Of a stretch of 57,076 bases of DNA, positions 1 through 9,157 are shown piece by piece. The DNA is taken from positions 1 to 57,076 of the IMG/VR virus record IMGVR_UViG_3300037225_000975, one strand, 5' to 3'. Numbering within the stretch: the stretch's first letter is position 1; every line of letters begins with the position of its first letter. Below the pieces are notes generated by a model. That model had not been told where the DNA came from. It saw only the letters and a program-made list of their open reading frames with translations, and ran no database searches. Source of the stretch: a virus (lineage: Duplodnaviria > Caudoviricetes). The translations under genes and the position numbers were made by a program.

Positions 1-98
1 TCACGGCTCCGAACGCGATCTGCGTTGACGTGATCGAGCCGCCGATGGTCCCGCCTCCGCCAGCCGCCGCCCAGGATAGATTTCCAGCGCCATCGTTG
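1..98. repeat. Exact copy of 55065-55162 (junction of the alternative, deleted fibre allele)
   Basis: tcacggctcc...gcgccatcgttg is identical at both places. Confidence 0.95.
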
Positions 99-538
99 AT
101 CAGTATGGTCGCCGCAGCGCCCTGCGAAGCCGGCCAGACATAGGGAATGGTGCCGATGGTGAGCGACGTCGACGGTAAGGCGGTGAGGCCGGCAGCGTTC
201 GCCACGACCAGCGTTGCGTTGCTGGCGAGCACCGGGATGGTGACGGAGAAGCTGCCGGTCTGAGCACCGGTCTTGATCGTGGTGGTGGTGCCGGTGCCGG
301 AGGTGGACGGGTCGAACGCGAGAATCTTGGTCGGGTCGACGGCATCCTTGATCGACACCCCGCCGGTGGCCGAGATGCCTTGCGCGACGTTGAGGCTGGT
401 GGTCGAGTTCAGCGCCGAGACGGCTGCGGCGCCGATCTGACCGGCAGCGACGTTGGCCGCGCCGGTGTCAGCGTACAGGACCATCCCGACCGCGAAAGCG
501 ACCGTGGAAAAGGCGGTCGGGAAGATCTTGTCAACCAT
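1..538 (-). CDS. 5' part of giant fibre protein (continues across the circular junction into 57076-53212; about 1426 aa in total)
   Basis: ATG at 538 with GGAGA SD. Open frame MVDKIFPTAF...WPASQGAAATILINDGAGNL. Nt 87-122 equal nt 57041-57076, and the join 538-123 + 57076-53212 is 4281 nt, in frame. Confidence 0.85.
   Translation of the reverse strand, partial: MVDKIFPTAFSTVAFAVGMVLYADTGAANVAAGQIGAAAVSALNSTTSLNVAQGISATGGVSIKDAVDPTKILAFDPSTSGTGTTTTIKTGAQTGSFSVTIPVLASNATLVVANAAGLTALPSTSLTIGTIPYVWPASQGAAATILINDGAGNLSWAAAGGGGTIGGSITSTQIAFGAV
87..122. repeat. 36-bp terminal overlap with 57041-57076 (circularisation point)
   Basis: gcgccatcgttgatcagtatggtcgccgcagcgccc is identical at both places. 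Confidence 0.95.
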
Positions 539-541
539 GGG

Positions 542-676
542 CTATCTCCAGGAGACGTTATCGCCGCCGCGGGTGAGCACGTTCTGCCCAGCTCGCGTGA
601 GGAGCTGGTTCGGGTAGTGGATGCTTCTCGACCCGTAGAAGATCGACGACCACAGGTTGAGGAATATGCCGATCAT
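542..676 (-). CDS. 44-aa peptide, candidate head-spike adaptor (not in ORF track)
   Basis: MIGIFLNLWSSIFYGSRSIHYPNQLLTRAGQNVLTRGGDNVSWR*; fills the gap between the spike-base and fibre genes exactly. Confidence 0.65.
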   Translation of the reverse strand: MIGIFLNLWSSIFYGSRSIHYPNQLLTRAGQNVLTRGGDNVSWR

Positions 677-677
677 G

Positions 678-917
678 TCAGTCGAGGAAGACTATGCCGC
701 TGGCGTTGGTTCCGGTTGCCATCACGCCGATGCAGACGGTCGGCAGGATGGAGCCAGCAGAGACGTTCTGGAACAGCACGGCGATGCCGTCGGGGCGCAC
801 CACGTTGACATCTCCGGAGATTCCGACATAGAGCGCCCGGCAGGCTGGGAACCTGCCGGAGTCGTTCGGAACGACCGCCCCGTAGCCAGAAGACGGCAGC
901 GTTGAGTTGTCGCCCAT
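678..917 (-). CDS. Head spike base protein (RcGTA Rcc01079-like)
   Basis: 79 aa with the pattern V.PND...RALYVG..GDV.V...G..LP....V.ATGT.A. Confidence 0.75.
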   Translation of the reverse strand: MGDNSTLPSSGYGAVVPNDSGRFPACRALYVGISGDVNVVRPDGIAVLFQNVSAGSILPTVCIGVMATGTNASGIVFLD

Positions 918-940
918 GATCTTTCCCTTTCAGGGATGGT

Positions 941-1393
941 TCAGCGCTTGGAGCGCCTGCCGCGATTGGCGGCGATGTCATCCTCGTCCTCCTGGGTCGA
1001 AACCGCGACCGGGGCTTCCTGCGCTGGAGGAGCGTCGGTGACCGGGATCTTGTTCTGGAGCTCGCGAATCTGCTTCGCCGACTCCTCCCTGGTCTTCTCC
1101 ACCGCCTCGGCGGTGGCCGCCTCGATCATCTGTCGCACTTGCGCGTGCGAGAGTTGCGACGGTCCAGCTCCGGTTCCGGCAGATCCCGGCGACTTGCGGA
1201 GCTCTTCCGGCGTGCACTCACCCTCGGGTTTCGCCGAGTAACAGCGACGGAGCAGATGGCCGATCTGGTCGTGAGCTTGCGGGCCGACGACCGAGCGTCC
1301 TTCGACGAAATTGATGCCGCCGAAGTTCTCGGTCTTGCCGGCGACTGGGCCGGTGAGAACCCACGTGACTGGATGCGTGCTCGTGTTCGACAT
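941..1393 (-). CDS. Hypothetical virion-associated protein
   Basis: AGGAGG SD; lies in the head operon. Confidence 0.6.
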   Translation of the reverse strand: MSNTSTHPVTWVLTGPVAGKTENFGGINFVEGRSVVGPQAHDQIGHLLRRCYSAKPEGECTPEELRKSPGSAGTGAGPSQLSHAQVRQMIEAATAEAVEKTREESAKQIRELQNKIPVTDAPPAQEAPVAVSTQEDEDDIAANRGRRSKR

Positions 1394-1480
1394 GGCTCTT
1401 CCTCCTGGGTTGAGCGGGTGATGTGAAAGAAGGACTCAGGGAGAGTGTCGTCCTCTCCCCGAGATCGCGACGTCGACCGA

Positions 1481-2497
1481 TCAGCCGGTGACGAAGCCCT
1501 GCGCGGCGACCGCCAGCTCCAGCACCGGGAGGCGCGGGATCGGCAGCACGGTGTCGGCCGGCAGCACGATGTTGCGGTCGATCGAGCTGGCGCCGGGCGC
1601 GGTCACGGTCGGCTGGAGCGCGGCCTGGGCCACGCCGCCGAAGGTGATCGAGCTGGTGATGACCTTGGCACCCTGCGCGTCGGTCGCACCGGGGATCAGG
1701 AGGGTGTTCGTCCCCGCCGTGTAGGTGCAGTTGTTCACGACCGTGTTCGCCAGCGCCTTGAGCAGCACCACCATGCGGGCACCGATCAGGTCCATCGTCT
1801 CGGTGTCGCCGAAGTACAGCGAGGTGTTGATCGGGTACGTCGCGTCGCTGATCTGGATGTTCCACTTGTAACCGGCCAGGACGCCGGCCACGAAGGTGAT
1901 CGTGCGGGCCGAACCGGCGGTGGTGACTGCCGAGACCACCGGAGCGTACTGCGAGTACGGGTAGACGGCAGGGGCGGGAAGAACCTGGGCGGCAGCGCCA
2001 GGGATCGCCACGCCGGTCTGCGTGAGGGTGGGGACCACCACGCCGAACGCAGCCTGGATGTCGTTGGGCGGGCTGACGAAGTAGCCGGCGGTGATGATCT
2101 TGGCGCCGAGGCTGTTGCCCGCGGCGATGGTGATCACGAGGCCGGACGAGGTGACGCCGGACGGGAAGGTCGCGGTGTCGGCGTTCATCACGGCGGTCAG
2201 GCCGACCACCAGATTCAGCAGCAGATCGCCGGCGACGCCGACATAGCTGTAGGTCTGGGCGACGCCGGCAGCGTTCTGCACGGTGGCGCGGGCCTCGATC
2301 CCGCTCATGTCGGAGCGGTCAGCGAGCTCGGTGACGGTGGCGCCGACCCACGGCAGGTTGTTCTGGCCGTAGTAGGTCTTGGCGATGGCGAGAGCGTCGG
2401 TGGGATTGTCGGCCCGGACGATCATCGTGTCCTTGCCGTTGATGAACCCGGCCGGGGCGGTGGTCGCCAGCGAGCGCTGGACTGAGTACGTGGGCAT
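1481..2497 (-). CDS. Structural protein (capsid decoration / minor head protein)
   Basis: 338 aa, Ala/Thr/Val/Gly-rich, strongly biased codons, directly after the capsid gene. Confidence 0.6.
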   Translation of the reverse strand: MPTYSVQRSLATTAPAGFINGKDTMIVRADNPTDALAIAKTYYGQNNLPWVGATVTELADRSDMSGIEARATVQNAAGVAQTYSYVGVAGDLLLNLVVGLTAVMNADTATFPSGVTSSGLVITIAAGNSLGAKIITAGYFVSPPNDIQAAFGVVVPTLTQTGVAIPGAAAQVLPAPAVYPYSQYAPVVSAVTTAGSARTITFVAGVLAGYKWNIQISDATYPINTSLYFGDTETMDLIGARMVVLLKALANTVVNNCTYTAGTNTLLIPGATDAQGAKVITSSITFGGVAQAALQPTVTAPGASSIDRNIVLPADTVLPIPRLPVLELAVAAQGFVTG

Positions 2498-2564
2498 GGG
2501 AGTGAGCTCCGAATGAGAGGTTGGGAAGAGCGGAAGGTCTCCTGGCGTCGACCGAGGAAGAGGT

Positions 2565-2617
2565 GGTCTCCGAGAATTATGCCGTCTGCCAGGAGTCAGG
2601 CGACGTTCTCGGAGACC
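2565..2617 (-). terminator. Long stem-loop after the capsid gene (processing, stabilising or attenuating element)
   Basis: Perfect 12-bp inverted repeat GGTCTCCGAGAA / TTCTCGGAGACC; no strong U-tract. Confidence 0.5.
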
Positions 2618-2628
2618 CCCTCAGCTCG

Positions 2629-3567
2629 TCAGTTCGTGACGCCGTTGCAGACCGCGAGGCCGTTCAGGTTGAAGAGCGCGAGACCCGCGTACCACTTGAC
2701 GCGGGTGATCATCTCGTCGCGGCTCTGGTGGACGCCGACTCGCTCGACCTGCATGCCCGCGGCGTTCAGCGCCGTGAGACCCGAGATGCCGTACTTCCGC
2801 GAGCCGTCGTCCAGCGTGCCGGCGATGACCGACGTGCACCCGGTGGCGGTGCCCTGGACCTGGTTGATTGGCAGGTAGTCATTGCGGAAGATCGGGATCT
2901 TGCGGTAGCTGGGGACTTCGATGCCGCTCGGGAGGGCGACCACCTCGTCGATGCGAGCGCCGCCGAGAGCGCGCAGCAAGGCGAAGTAGGCGTTGATGGT
3001 CCGCCCGTTCATGATGAAGTAGTCGACCTCGCCGTCCTTGTCGATCACGAGGTTGATGAGCTGGTCGAGGGTGGCGAGCGTCAGCGGGCCGCCGTTGGTC
3101 GGATCGCCGGTGCCGTTCGGCTGCACGAAGGTCTTGCTGACGTCGCAGAGACCGAGCAGGCCGGTGAACTGGTCGGCCGAGCCGGTGCCGTTCAGCAGCA
3201 TGTTGCGATAGAGGCGACCGGCCGACTTGGCCTTGCTCGCGATCTGGACCGCTTCCTGGTTGTTGCCTTGGCCGGAGCGGGTGGCCTGCACGAGACCGTT
3301 CACCTCGGCGTCGCCGATGATGCTGGTCAGCGAGCTGGTGACCTGGGTGAAGGTCGCCGGGTTCTTGTTGGTGATGGTGTCGCCGACCGCGTAGGTGCCG
3401 ACATCTCCGAGCACGAGCTCGCGGTTGTAGGCGAGGGCGTTGCCATCGATCCCGTCGAACGGCAGGATCTCGTAGAACCTGTCGACGGTGATGATGTTTT
3501 CGACCACGCCAGCGATCAGCTCGTTCTGGCAGAGCGCGGCCGACTGGGCCAAGGTGATGGATGACAT
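2629..3567 (-). CDS. Major capsid protein (YuA/M6-like family)
   Basis: MSSITLAQSA...ELIAGVVENIITV..F..LPFDGIDGNALAYNRE; C-terminal ITRVKWYAGLALF; follows the scaffold gene. Confidence 0.9.
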   Translation of the reverse strand: MSSITLAQSAALCQNELIAGVVENIITVDRFYEILPFDGIDGNALAYNRELVLGDVGTYAVGDTITNKNPATFTQVTSSLTSIIGDAEVNGLVQATRSGQGNNQEAVQIASKAKSAGRLYRNMLLNGTGSADQFTGLLGLCDVSKTFVQPNGTGDPTNGGPLTLATLDQLINLVIDKDGEVDYFIMNGRTINAYFALLRALGGARIDEVVALPSGIEVPSYRKIPIFRNDYLPINQVQGTATGCTSVIAGTLDDGSRKYGISGLTALNAAGMQVERVGVHQSRDEMITRVKWYAGLALFNLNGLAVCNGVTN

Positions 3568-3651
3568 GGTGCGGGACTCCCGATGGTTGGTGGTGCTCGT
3601 CAGAGCGACCTGCCGGCCAGAGCGGGAGTCCCTACCCCTGATGGGTGACGA

Positions 3652-4479
3652 CTACCGCGGCAGCTGAGACAGACCGCGCTCGATTTTCTGTTGCGGAGTC
3701 AGCTTGTCGGAGGGAATCGCTCCCTTGCCGGTGCCAGATCCTTGTGGCATCCCGCCACCGGACCGGCCGCTCGACTCGAAGGCTCTCGCATACTTGGGAT
3801 TGGCTCGCATCTCCGCGACCAGTCCCTCTATGCTGAGATACCCGCCTCGTCCGTCCGAGCGAGGATCACCCTCGTCGTCGACGACTCTGACGACATACTT
3901 GCCGTCTTCCTTCAGAAGTACACACTGGTCCGTGATGAGCCGCGACAGCAGCTCGACGGATCCTTTCGCTGAAGCGAGAGCCGAGATGGCTTCCTTCTCG
4001 ATCAGGTGAGTCGCCAGGGACTCCCCCATCTCGCGAACTCGCGCCTCGTGCTCGGTCTTGAGCTGCTGGATGGTCTGCTCCGTTTCCTTCTTGATCTTGT
4101 CCAGCGCTCCCTTTGTGCGGCCGTCCGTGTCGCCGTTCTTCTCCTCGATCTCGCGGATCTTCTCGAGCTTCGCCTTGATATCTTCCGGCTCCATGCCCAG
4201 CTCCGTCCATCGACGGATCTGCGCCTTCATCTCCTTCGCCGCTTTGCGCTCGCTGTCGAGCGCCTTGGTGAGGCCGGTGTTGTCGAGCCGCTTGGCGAGA
4301 ACGGGGTCGAGCTTGTACTTGCCATCCTCTCCCTTGGCGTAGAGGGACTGGTACTGCTTCGGCACGGTGGCGACGTCGTCGACCTCCGGCGCGATCACGA
4401 CGTCGTCGCCATCGCCCGCTGCGCGGGCGCTGGTAGCTGCGAGCGCCATGGCGCCGATGGCTAGTGCGAGAATGAACAT
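3652..4479 (-). CDS. Capsid scaffolding protein
   Basis: Charged coiled coil, GLTKALDSERK, C-terminal SGGG...QKIERGL; directly upstream of the capsid gene. Confidence 0.8.
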   Translation of the reverse strand: MFILALAIGAMALAATSARAAGDGDDVVIAPEVDDVATVPKQYQSLYAKGEDGKYKLDPVLAKRLDNTGLTKALDSERKAAKEMKAQIRRWTELGMEPEDIKAKLEKIREIEEKNGDTDGRTKGALDKIKKETEQTIQQLKTEHEARVREMGESLATHLIEKEAISALASAKGSVELLSRLITDQCVLLKEDGKYVVRVVDDEGDPRSDGRGGYLSIEGLVAEMRANPKYARAFESSGRSGGGMPQGSGTGKGAIPSDKLTPQQKIERGLSQLPR

Positions 4480-4498
4480 GTCCTGGTCTCCTGGGTGC

Positions 4499-4538
4499 CG
4501 GCGTCACGCCGGGCTCTGAGACGGACGGCGTCACGCCG
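4499..4538. promoter_or_regulatory. Tandem palindromic 13-mer CGGCGTCACGCCG (two copies) in the scaffold leader
   Basis: Copies at 4499-4511 and 4526-4538. Confidence 0.6.
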
Positions 4539-4584
4539 CCCATCGGTGGTTGTGCGAGAGCGTCTCGCTCTCGACTTCAGAGAT

Positions 4585-5142
4585 TCAAGGGCGCGAACTG
4601 CGCGAACTGCGCAATTGAGAACCGTAGTTCGTCAACTGCATCTGGCGCTTGCCGAGGTCCTTGCCCTTGGCGATGACTTCGCTGCCGTAGCGAGCATCAC
4701 CTTTGCCATGCATCTTCGCAGCTTTCTCGTGAGCTGCTGCAGCGGCTTCATGCAGATCTTTCGATTCAGTGGAGTCAGCTTTTCCAGCCGCCTCGCGGTG
4801 CAAAGCTGCAGTTTTCAGATGCTGCTCAGAAGTCGCCGATGAGGAAGCGCCCCATGCTGACCGATGCGAAGCCAGTTCAGCTGACTCCATGACTTTCAGA
4901 TTTGGTTCTCTCTTGTTGAATCTATTCTGCACCGGGGCAGCTTTCATCGTAGCCTTCTCTGCGAGTATCGAAGCAGCGTGTGCCTCTTTACCGGCAGGAG
5001 CTAGAGGTTCGCTAGGAACCAAGGCGCCTGTCTCGTCTCTTACGAGCTTGTCTTTCGACTTAGGGCCGCCGCCGATCTTTTCGGCACTGCCGCCTGATCC
5101 GCTAGAGAACTTGCCTTGCGAGTCATGGTTGTCGTTGGGCAT
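4585..5142 (-). CDS. Basic Ala/His-rich protein, paralogue A (candidate internal virion protein)
   Basis: Start reassigned to MPNDNHDSQGKF by homology with 5343-5795. Confidence 0.65.
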   Translation of the reverse strand: MPNDNHDSQGKFSSGSGGSAEKIGGGPKSKDKLVRDETGALVPSEPLAPAGKEAHAASILAEKATMKAAPVQNRFNKREPNLKVMESAELASHRSAWGASSSATSEQHLKTAALHREAAGKADSTESKDLHEAAAAAHEKAAKMHGKGDARYGSEVIAKGKDLGKRQMQLTNYGSQLRSSRSSRP

Positions 5143-5147
5143 GGGGT

Positions 5148-5339
5148 TCAGTCCTCGTAGTGGATGGAGCCTTGCAGCTCGGAGAGAGTGACGACTTCCT
5201 GGCAGTCGAGGCAGCGATGCTGAAACAGCGGAGGGTGGACGGGATGCGAGACGCCGATCGGCTCGAGCCTGGTGCCGTCGCACTTGGGGCAGCGGTAGAA
5301 GCGCCGCGTCACCCGCACTTCGCGATCGTCATGCTTCAC
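5148..5339 (-). CDS. Small zinc-ribbon protein
   Basis: CPKC...CLDC. Confidence 0.6.
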   Translation of the reverse strand: MKHDDREVRVTRRFYRCPKCDGTRLEPIGVSHPVHPPLFQHRCLDCQEVVTLSELQGSIHYED

Positions 5340-5342
5340 GAT

Positions 5343-5795
5343 TTAACCACGGAACTTGCTCTTCGGCATTCCGGCGTTGTATTTGAGCGGGTTGGATCTG
5401 TAACTTCTCTGAGCTGGACTGACATCTCCGCGCTTAGCTGCCTTCATGTGCTCTGCTTGATAGCCGCGATGCGACTCAGCCTTCGCCTCATGGTGAGACT
5501 TGTACTGCTGATCGTTCGATTCGGCGGCGAGATTGGCATGCATGCGAGCGGCTGTGCCGTGCGCCTCTGAAGCGGCGATGTGATCTGCTTTCTTGCCGCT
5601 GCTCACCGCCGCAGACGAAAGAGAGTGAGCTTTCTCGCTTTGGCCACTGGCGGCGATCCCTCTGTCTATTGATCTCGTCTCGTCAGCGGTCATCATGCGA
5701 GGAGTGCTCTTCTTACCGCCTCCAATCTTCTCCGCTCCGCCAGACCCGCCGCCAGAAGCGAATCGACCTTGCGCGTCGTGGGAGTCATTGGGCAT
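5343..5795 (-). CDS. Basic Ala/His-rich protein, paralogue B
   Basis: MPNDSHDAQGRFASGGGSGGAEKIGGG leader shared with paralogue A. Confidence 0.7.
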   Translation of the reverse strand: MPNDSHDAQGRFASGGGSGGAEKIGGGKKSTPRMMTADETRSIDRGIAASGQSEKAHSLSSAAVSSGKKADHIAASEAHGTAARMHANLAAESNDQQYKSHHEAKAESHRGYQAEHMKAAKRGDVSPAQRSYRSNPLKYNAGMPKSKFRG

Positions 5796-6282
5796 GGTGG
5801 AATCCTTCTTGGTGGCGGTAGGGGCCGAGGTAGAGGTCGGGAGGAGGGGCTTCGTCGCCGGACTTGGTCTTGGCGGCTTTCGCTTCCCTGGATGCGAGGG
5901 CGGTCTCGTACTCGGCGACCTCGGCGGGGTCGAGTCCCTGGTCGAGCATGAGGTGGAGGTGCTCTGCCAGAAGAGCCGCCTCGTGGGCGTCGTCGTAGGA
6001 GAGTTTCGCCTCGACCATGAGGTGGCGCTCGATCGCTTCGTGGTGCGCTATCGCTTTATAGACGTCGACCGTCCTGCCGCTCGCGAGCTTGATCGTCTCC
6101 GGGCAGGCATAGTCGAAGTAGATCGTCCTGCCGTCGTTCGAGGCGCCGGAGAGGAGCGGCACCCTCGCCACGACGAACTTCGGCGGTCCCTCCGCGTCCT
6201 CGGGTCCCGTCTCGTCGGCAGGCTCTCGCAACTTTGGAGCTGGAGGGCGCTTGCCTCTGCCGACGAGAAGGGACTCTACCAC
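5785..6282 (-). CDS. Hypothetical protein with HExxE...H metal-binding-like motif
   Basis: HHEAIE...YDDAHEAA. Confidence 0.5.
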   Translation of the reverse strand: MVESLLVGRGKRPPAPKLREPADETGPEDAEGPPKFVVARVPLLSGASNDGRTIYFDYACPETIKLASGRTVDVYKAIAHHEAIERHLMVEAKLSYDDAHEAALLAEHLHLMLDQGLDPAEVAEYETALASREAKAAKTKSGDEAPPPDLYLGPYRHQEGFHHAQ

Positions 6283-6285
6283 CTG

Positions 6286-6759
6286 TCACCAATGCCAGGT
6301 GCCGGCGGGCTTGGCGTCTTCGTCGTGCGTGACGCCCGAGACGTGCATCGGCAGGCCGTCGAGCTTTGGATTGCCGGTGAGGAACGCGACTGCGGCGACG
6401 ATCTCGGAGTCGGCCTTGACGTGGGTGACCACCGCCTCACGGTCGACGATCCCGTCCTTGGTGGTGGTCGAGAGCTTGATGCGAGCTCCTGGACGAAGAC
6501 GAGGCGGATTCGCGACCGGAGGAGGAGCGACCGGAGGCTGCGGGACCGGGCCTGCCATGGCTCAGTCCTCCAGCTTTCCGCTCGGCTCGGTCTGCTTCAG
6601 CGAGCGACGGCCGACCTGGGAGAGCGCGTCGGCAAGCTTCGACTTGCCTTCCGGGGTGTGGAGCTTGGTCGTCTGGCCGGTCGGGGTCGAACCCGCCGCG
6701 GCGACCGCGGCTGCCATGTCGGAGGCGTGGCACTTGTCGGCGGAGTGGATGGGCTGCAT
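6286..6759 (-). CDS. Two small hypothetical proteins (6286-6558, 6562-6759)
   Basis: Tightly packed, with codon bias like their neighbours. Confidence 0.55.
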
Positions 6760-6784
6760 GGTGTGAGTTCCTTCGATGTGAGTG

Positions 6785-6860
6785 TGGCTGCCAGGGCTGG
6801 AATCGAACCAGCGACCTTCGAGTTAACAGCTCGCTGCTGCTACCGCTGAGCTACCCGGCA
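6785..6860 (-). tRNA. tRNA-Asn (GTT) with encoded CCA
   Basis: TGCCGGG acceptor, GCTC D-arm, anticodon loop CT-GTT-AA, GGTTCGATTCC T-arm, G73, CCA; 76 nt. Confidence 0.95.
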
Positions 6861-6865
6861 ATTCG

Positions 6866-7286
6866 CTACGCGCCAGTGCGCTGCTCGAGCGGCGGCTGGT
6901 CGCGATTCTGCGGGTTGGCCTGGACGAACTGGAGAGGGCGGGGGCGAATCGAGGCGATGCAGTCGTGGATGTTGCCGTGCGCCGCTACCGGGTAGCTGTT
7001 GACCTGCTCCTCGACGATCGCGTCTCCGGTCGCCTTGACCATCTCCTTCTGGGAGGTGGAGCCGTGCGGGCTGGAGGTGAAAGGTTTCTCGTGCATGTCA
7101 GACTCCGGGCTCGGGTGCGGGTTGCTGGGCGTACTGATTCAGCGACTGATCGACGTCTGCTCTGAAGCCGGCCATCACGCTCTTGACAGAGTTGTGGTTG
7201 GCGATGACGATCGGCTTCTCCAGGGCTGGGAGCGCCGAGTACTGCTGCATGCAGAGGTCGATGTTGTCGCGCGCTCTGTTGTCCAT
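6866..7286 (-). CDS. Two small hypothetical proteins (6866-7096, 7098-7286)
   Basis: Abutting ORFs between the portal gene and the tRNA. Confidence 0.5.
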
Positions 7287-7481
7287 GAGCGACTTCTATT
7301 CTTTCTTCTTCAGAAGAACACAGCCATCAGCGCGCTGCGATATCCGCAACTTTCACCTCGTACTTGAGCGAGAGTCGCGCTGGAATCGGAACTCCTGGGT
7401 AGCGCCAGCACTTCAGCCACCATCGGTGCCCGGACTTGGCGTGACGAGTCGAGTAACAGTTGAATGCTGGCATGGTCTGTC

Positions 7482-9155
7482 CTATGCCGGCGTCGGGCGG
7501 TCTGGGGACGTCGGGATCGTGGAGCCTGGGCCGCCACTCTTGCCGGAGATCTGCTTGGTGCCGGAGCGCGGGTTGGGAGGCGGAAGACCTTCGCCGAGTT
7601 TGGGAGGCTTGCCCTTCTGGCCTGGGAGCATCAGCGCTCCGGAGAGCTTCTGCTCGGCTTCGCGCTCCGTGGCGTCGTCGTCGATGTCGAAGGTTTCTGG
7701 CAGATAACCGCGGCGCTTCGCGGCGTCGAGGAGAGCTCGACGAGATAGGTCGCCGCTGGACCGCATCGCCAGGAGGGTGGTCATGTTGTTGACGATGTTG
7801 AGGCTGATGATGTAGTCCTCGTCGCACTTGACCTTGCCGGTCTTCTGCGCCTCCTCGTCCGAGACGTCGCTCCACTTGTCGACCAGCCGAAGGATCTGGT
7901 TCAGGAAGATCTCGAAATTCATCACGATCGACTGCAGCTCGCTGATCGCCTCCATCCCGTCGAGCGCCTTCGCCGTGGCTGTCGGGTTTCCCGAGTTGGC
8001 CGGCATGAGAAGCTGCAGCCCCAGGATCGCCATCTCCGCCTTGAGATCCTCGAGGTCCTGGCGACCGGCGCTGATGGCGTTGCCCGAGTGCTCGACGAAC
8101 TTGAGGTTCGCCTTCTCGTTGCGCAGCGTCCAAAGACTGTTCGGTCCGATCTCGAGGTTGGACGCTCCCCTGGGGTTGGCGTCCGTGCTTGACTTCGGAT
8201 TGATGCCCGTGGCCACCAGGATCGGGAACCGCGTGACCGACAGAATGTTGCGCTGGTCGGACGCCGACTGGAAGTGGGCGACGTTGACGTGGGCGAGATC
8301 GAGGAGCGGAGGGCGGCTCCGCATGAAACCTTCCTTGTCAGCGTAAAAGGTGACGAGCGGGATCTCGCCGAGGGTGTTGGGACCGGAGCGAGCGATCTCC
8401 CACTTGTCTTTCCGCTTCGGCATCTTCGTCCAGATCTCCCAGCGATCGCGATAGATGACCCTGATGGAGGGCTTCAGGATCTCGCCGAACTCGCCGTCAG
8501 GGACGACCTCGATCTGCATGATTCGCACCTGGGTGAGCACCTCCTTGCCACCGATCGTTTCCGAGCGAGCGCCGATGAGCGCCTCCGGGGCGATGACGAC
8601 GGCGTACGGCTTGCGCGTCGCGTCCTCGAGGGCGGTGTCGTCCTGCTCGCCCGTCGGGAAATCCACCAGCACGTGGCAGATACCCTTGCTCACCCCGCCG
8701 GTGAAGGCGCTGAGGGCGAAAAGATCGAGCGGAGAGCCGGCCCCGTCACAATCTTGGGCGAAATCGCGCAAATGCTGGGGAAAGTCGTCCGGGATCTTGA
8801 GAGGAGATCCGAACGGCTTGCCGACATAGCCCATCACCGTCTTGCGAAAGAAGTTCAACAGAGTCGCCCGCTGCAGGCGGTGGAGCCAGCTCTGATGCGT
8901 CTCCTTCTCGTAGCGCGGCAGGTATCGCTCGCCCGCCATCCGCATCGCCTCGGTGCCGCCCAGCAGCGACTCGACCATCCACCATCTCGCTTTCTGATCG
9001 CGATGGAAAGCGCACTCGTACGCCGGCGAGTCGGAATCCTGCTCCTTGACTTGCTGGTACGGCGTCGACATCGGCTGCATCGGCGGCGGGCGCAGAGCGC
9101 TCGTGTCGTCGATGGCGCCGACGGTTTGCGAGACTGCACCTGAGGGACCGGGCAT
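7482..9155 (-). CDS. Portal protein (DUF4055 type)
   Basis: LLGGTEAMRMAGERYLP, RATLLN, PPLLDLAHVNVAHFQSASD, TAT motifs; follows the terminase. Confidence 0.9.
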   Translation of the reverse strand: MPGPSGAVSQTVGAIDDTSALRPPPMQPMSTPYQQVKEQDSDSPAYECAFHRDQKARWWMVESLLGGTEAMRMAGERYLPRYEKETHQSWLHRLQRATLLNFFRKTVMGYVGKPFGSPLKIPDDFPQHLRDFAQDCDGAGSPLDLFALSAFTGGVSKGICHVLVDFPTGEQDDTALEDATRKPYAVVIAPEALIGARSETIGGKEVLTQVRIMQIEVVPDGEFGEILKPSIRVIYRDRWEIWTKMPKRKDKWEIARSGPNTLGEIPLVTFYADKEGFMRSRPPLLDLAHVNVAHFQSASDQRNILSVTRFPILVATGINPKSSTDANPRGASNLEIGPNSLWTLRNEKANLKFVEHSGNAISAGRQDLEDLKAEMAILGLQLLMPANSGNPTATAKALDGMEAISELQSIVMNFEIFLNQILRLVDKWSDVSDEEAQKTGKVKCDEDYIISLNIVNNMTTLLAMRSSGDLSRRALLDAAKRRGYLPETFDIDDDATEREAEQKLSGALMLPGQKGKPPKLGEGLPPPNPRSGTKQISGKSGGPGSTIPTSPDRPTPA

Positions 9156-9157
9156 GG

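Noticed and set aside
1-122. Physical direct terminal repeat
   Set aside because: The overlap falls inside a coding gene and position 1 matches an internal site; this is assembly circularity plus a variant junction
6785-6860. Amber suppressor tRNA or TAG recoding to explain the TAG at 542-544
   Set aside because: The anticodon is GTT, and several genes (portal, terL, kinase) end normally at TAG
7327-7473. 48-aa ORF after the portal gene
   Set aside because: Weak SD and atypical composition; cannot be supported
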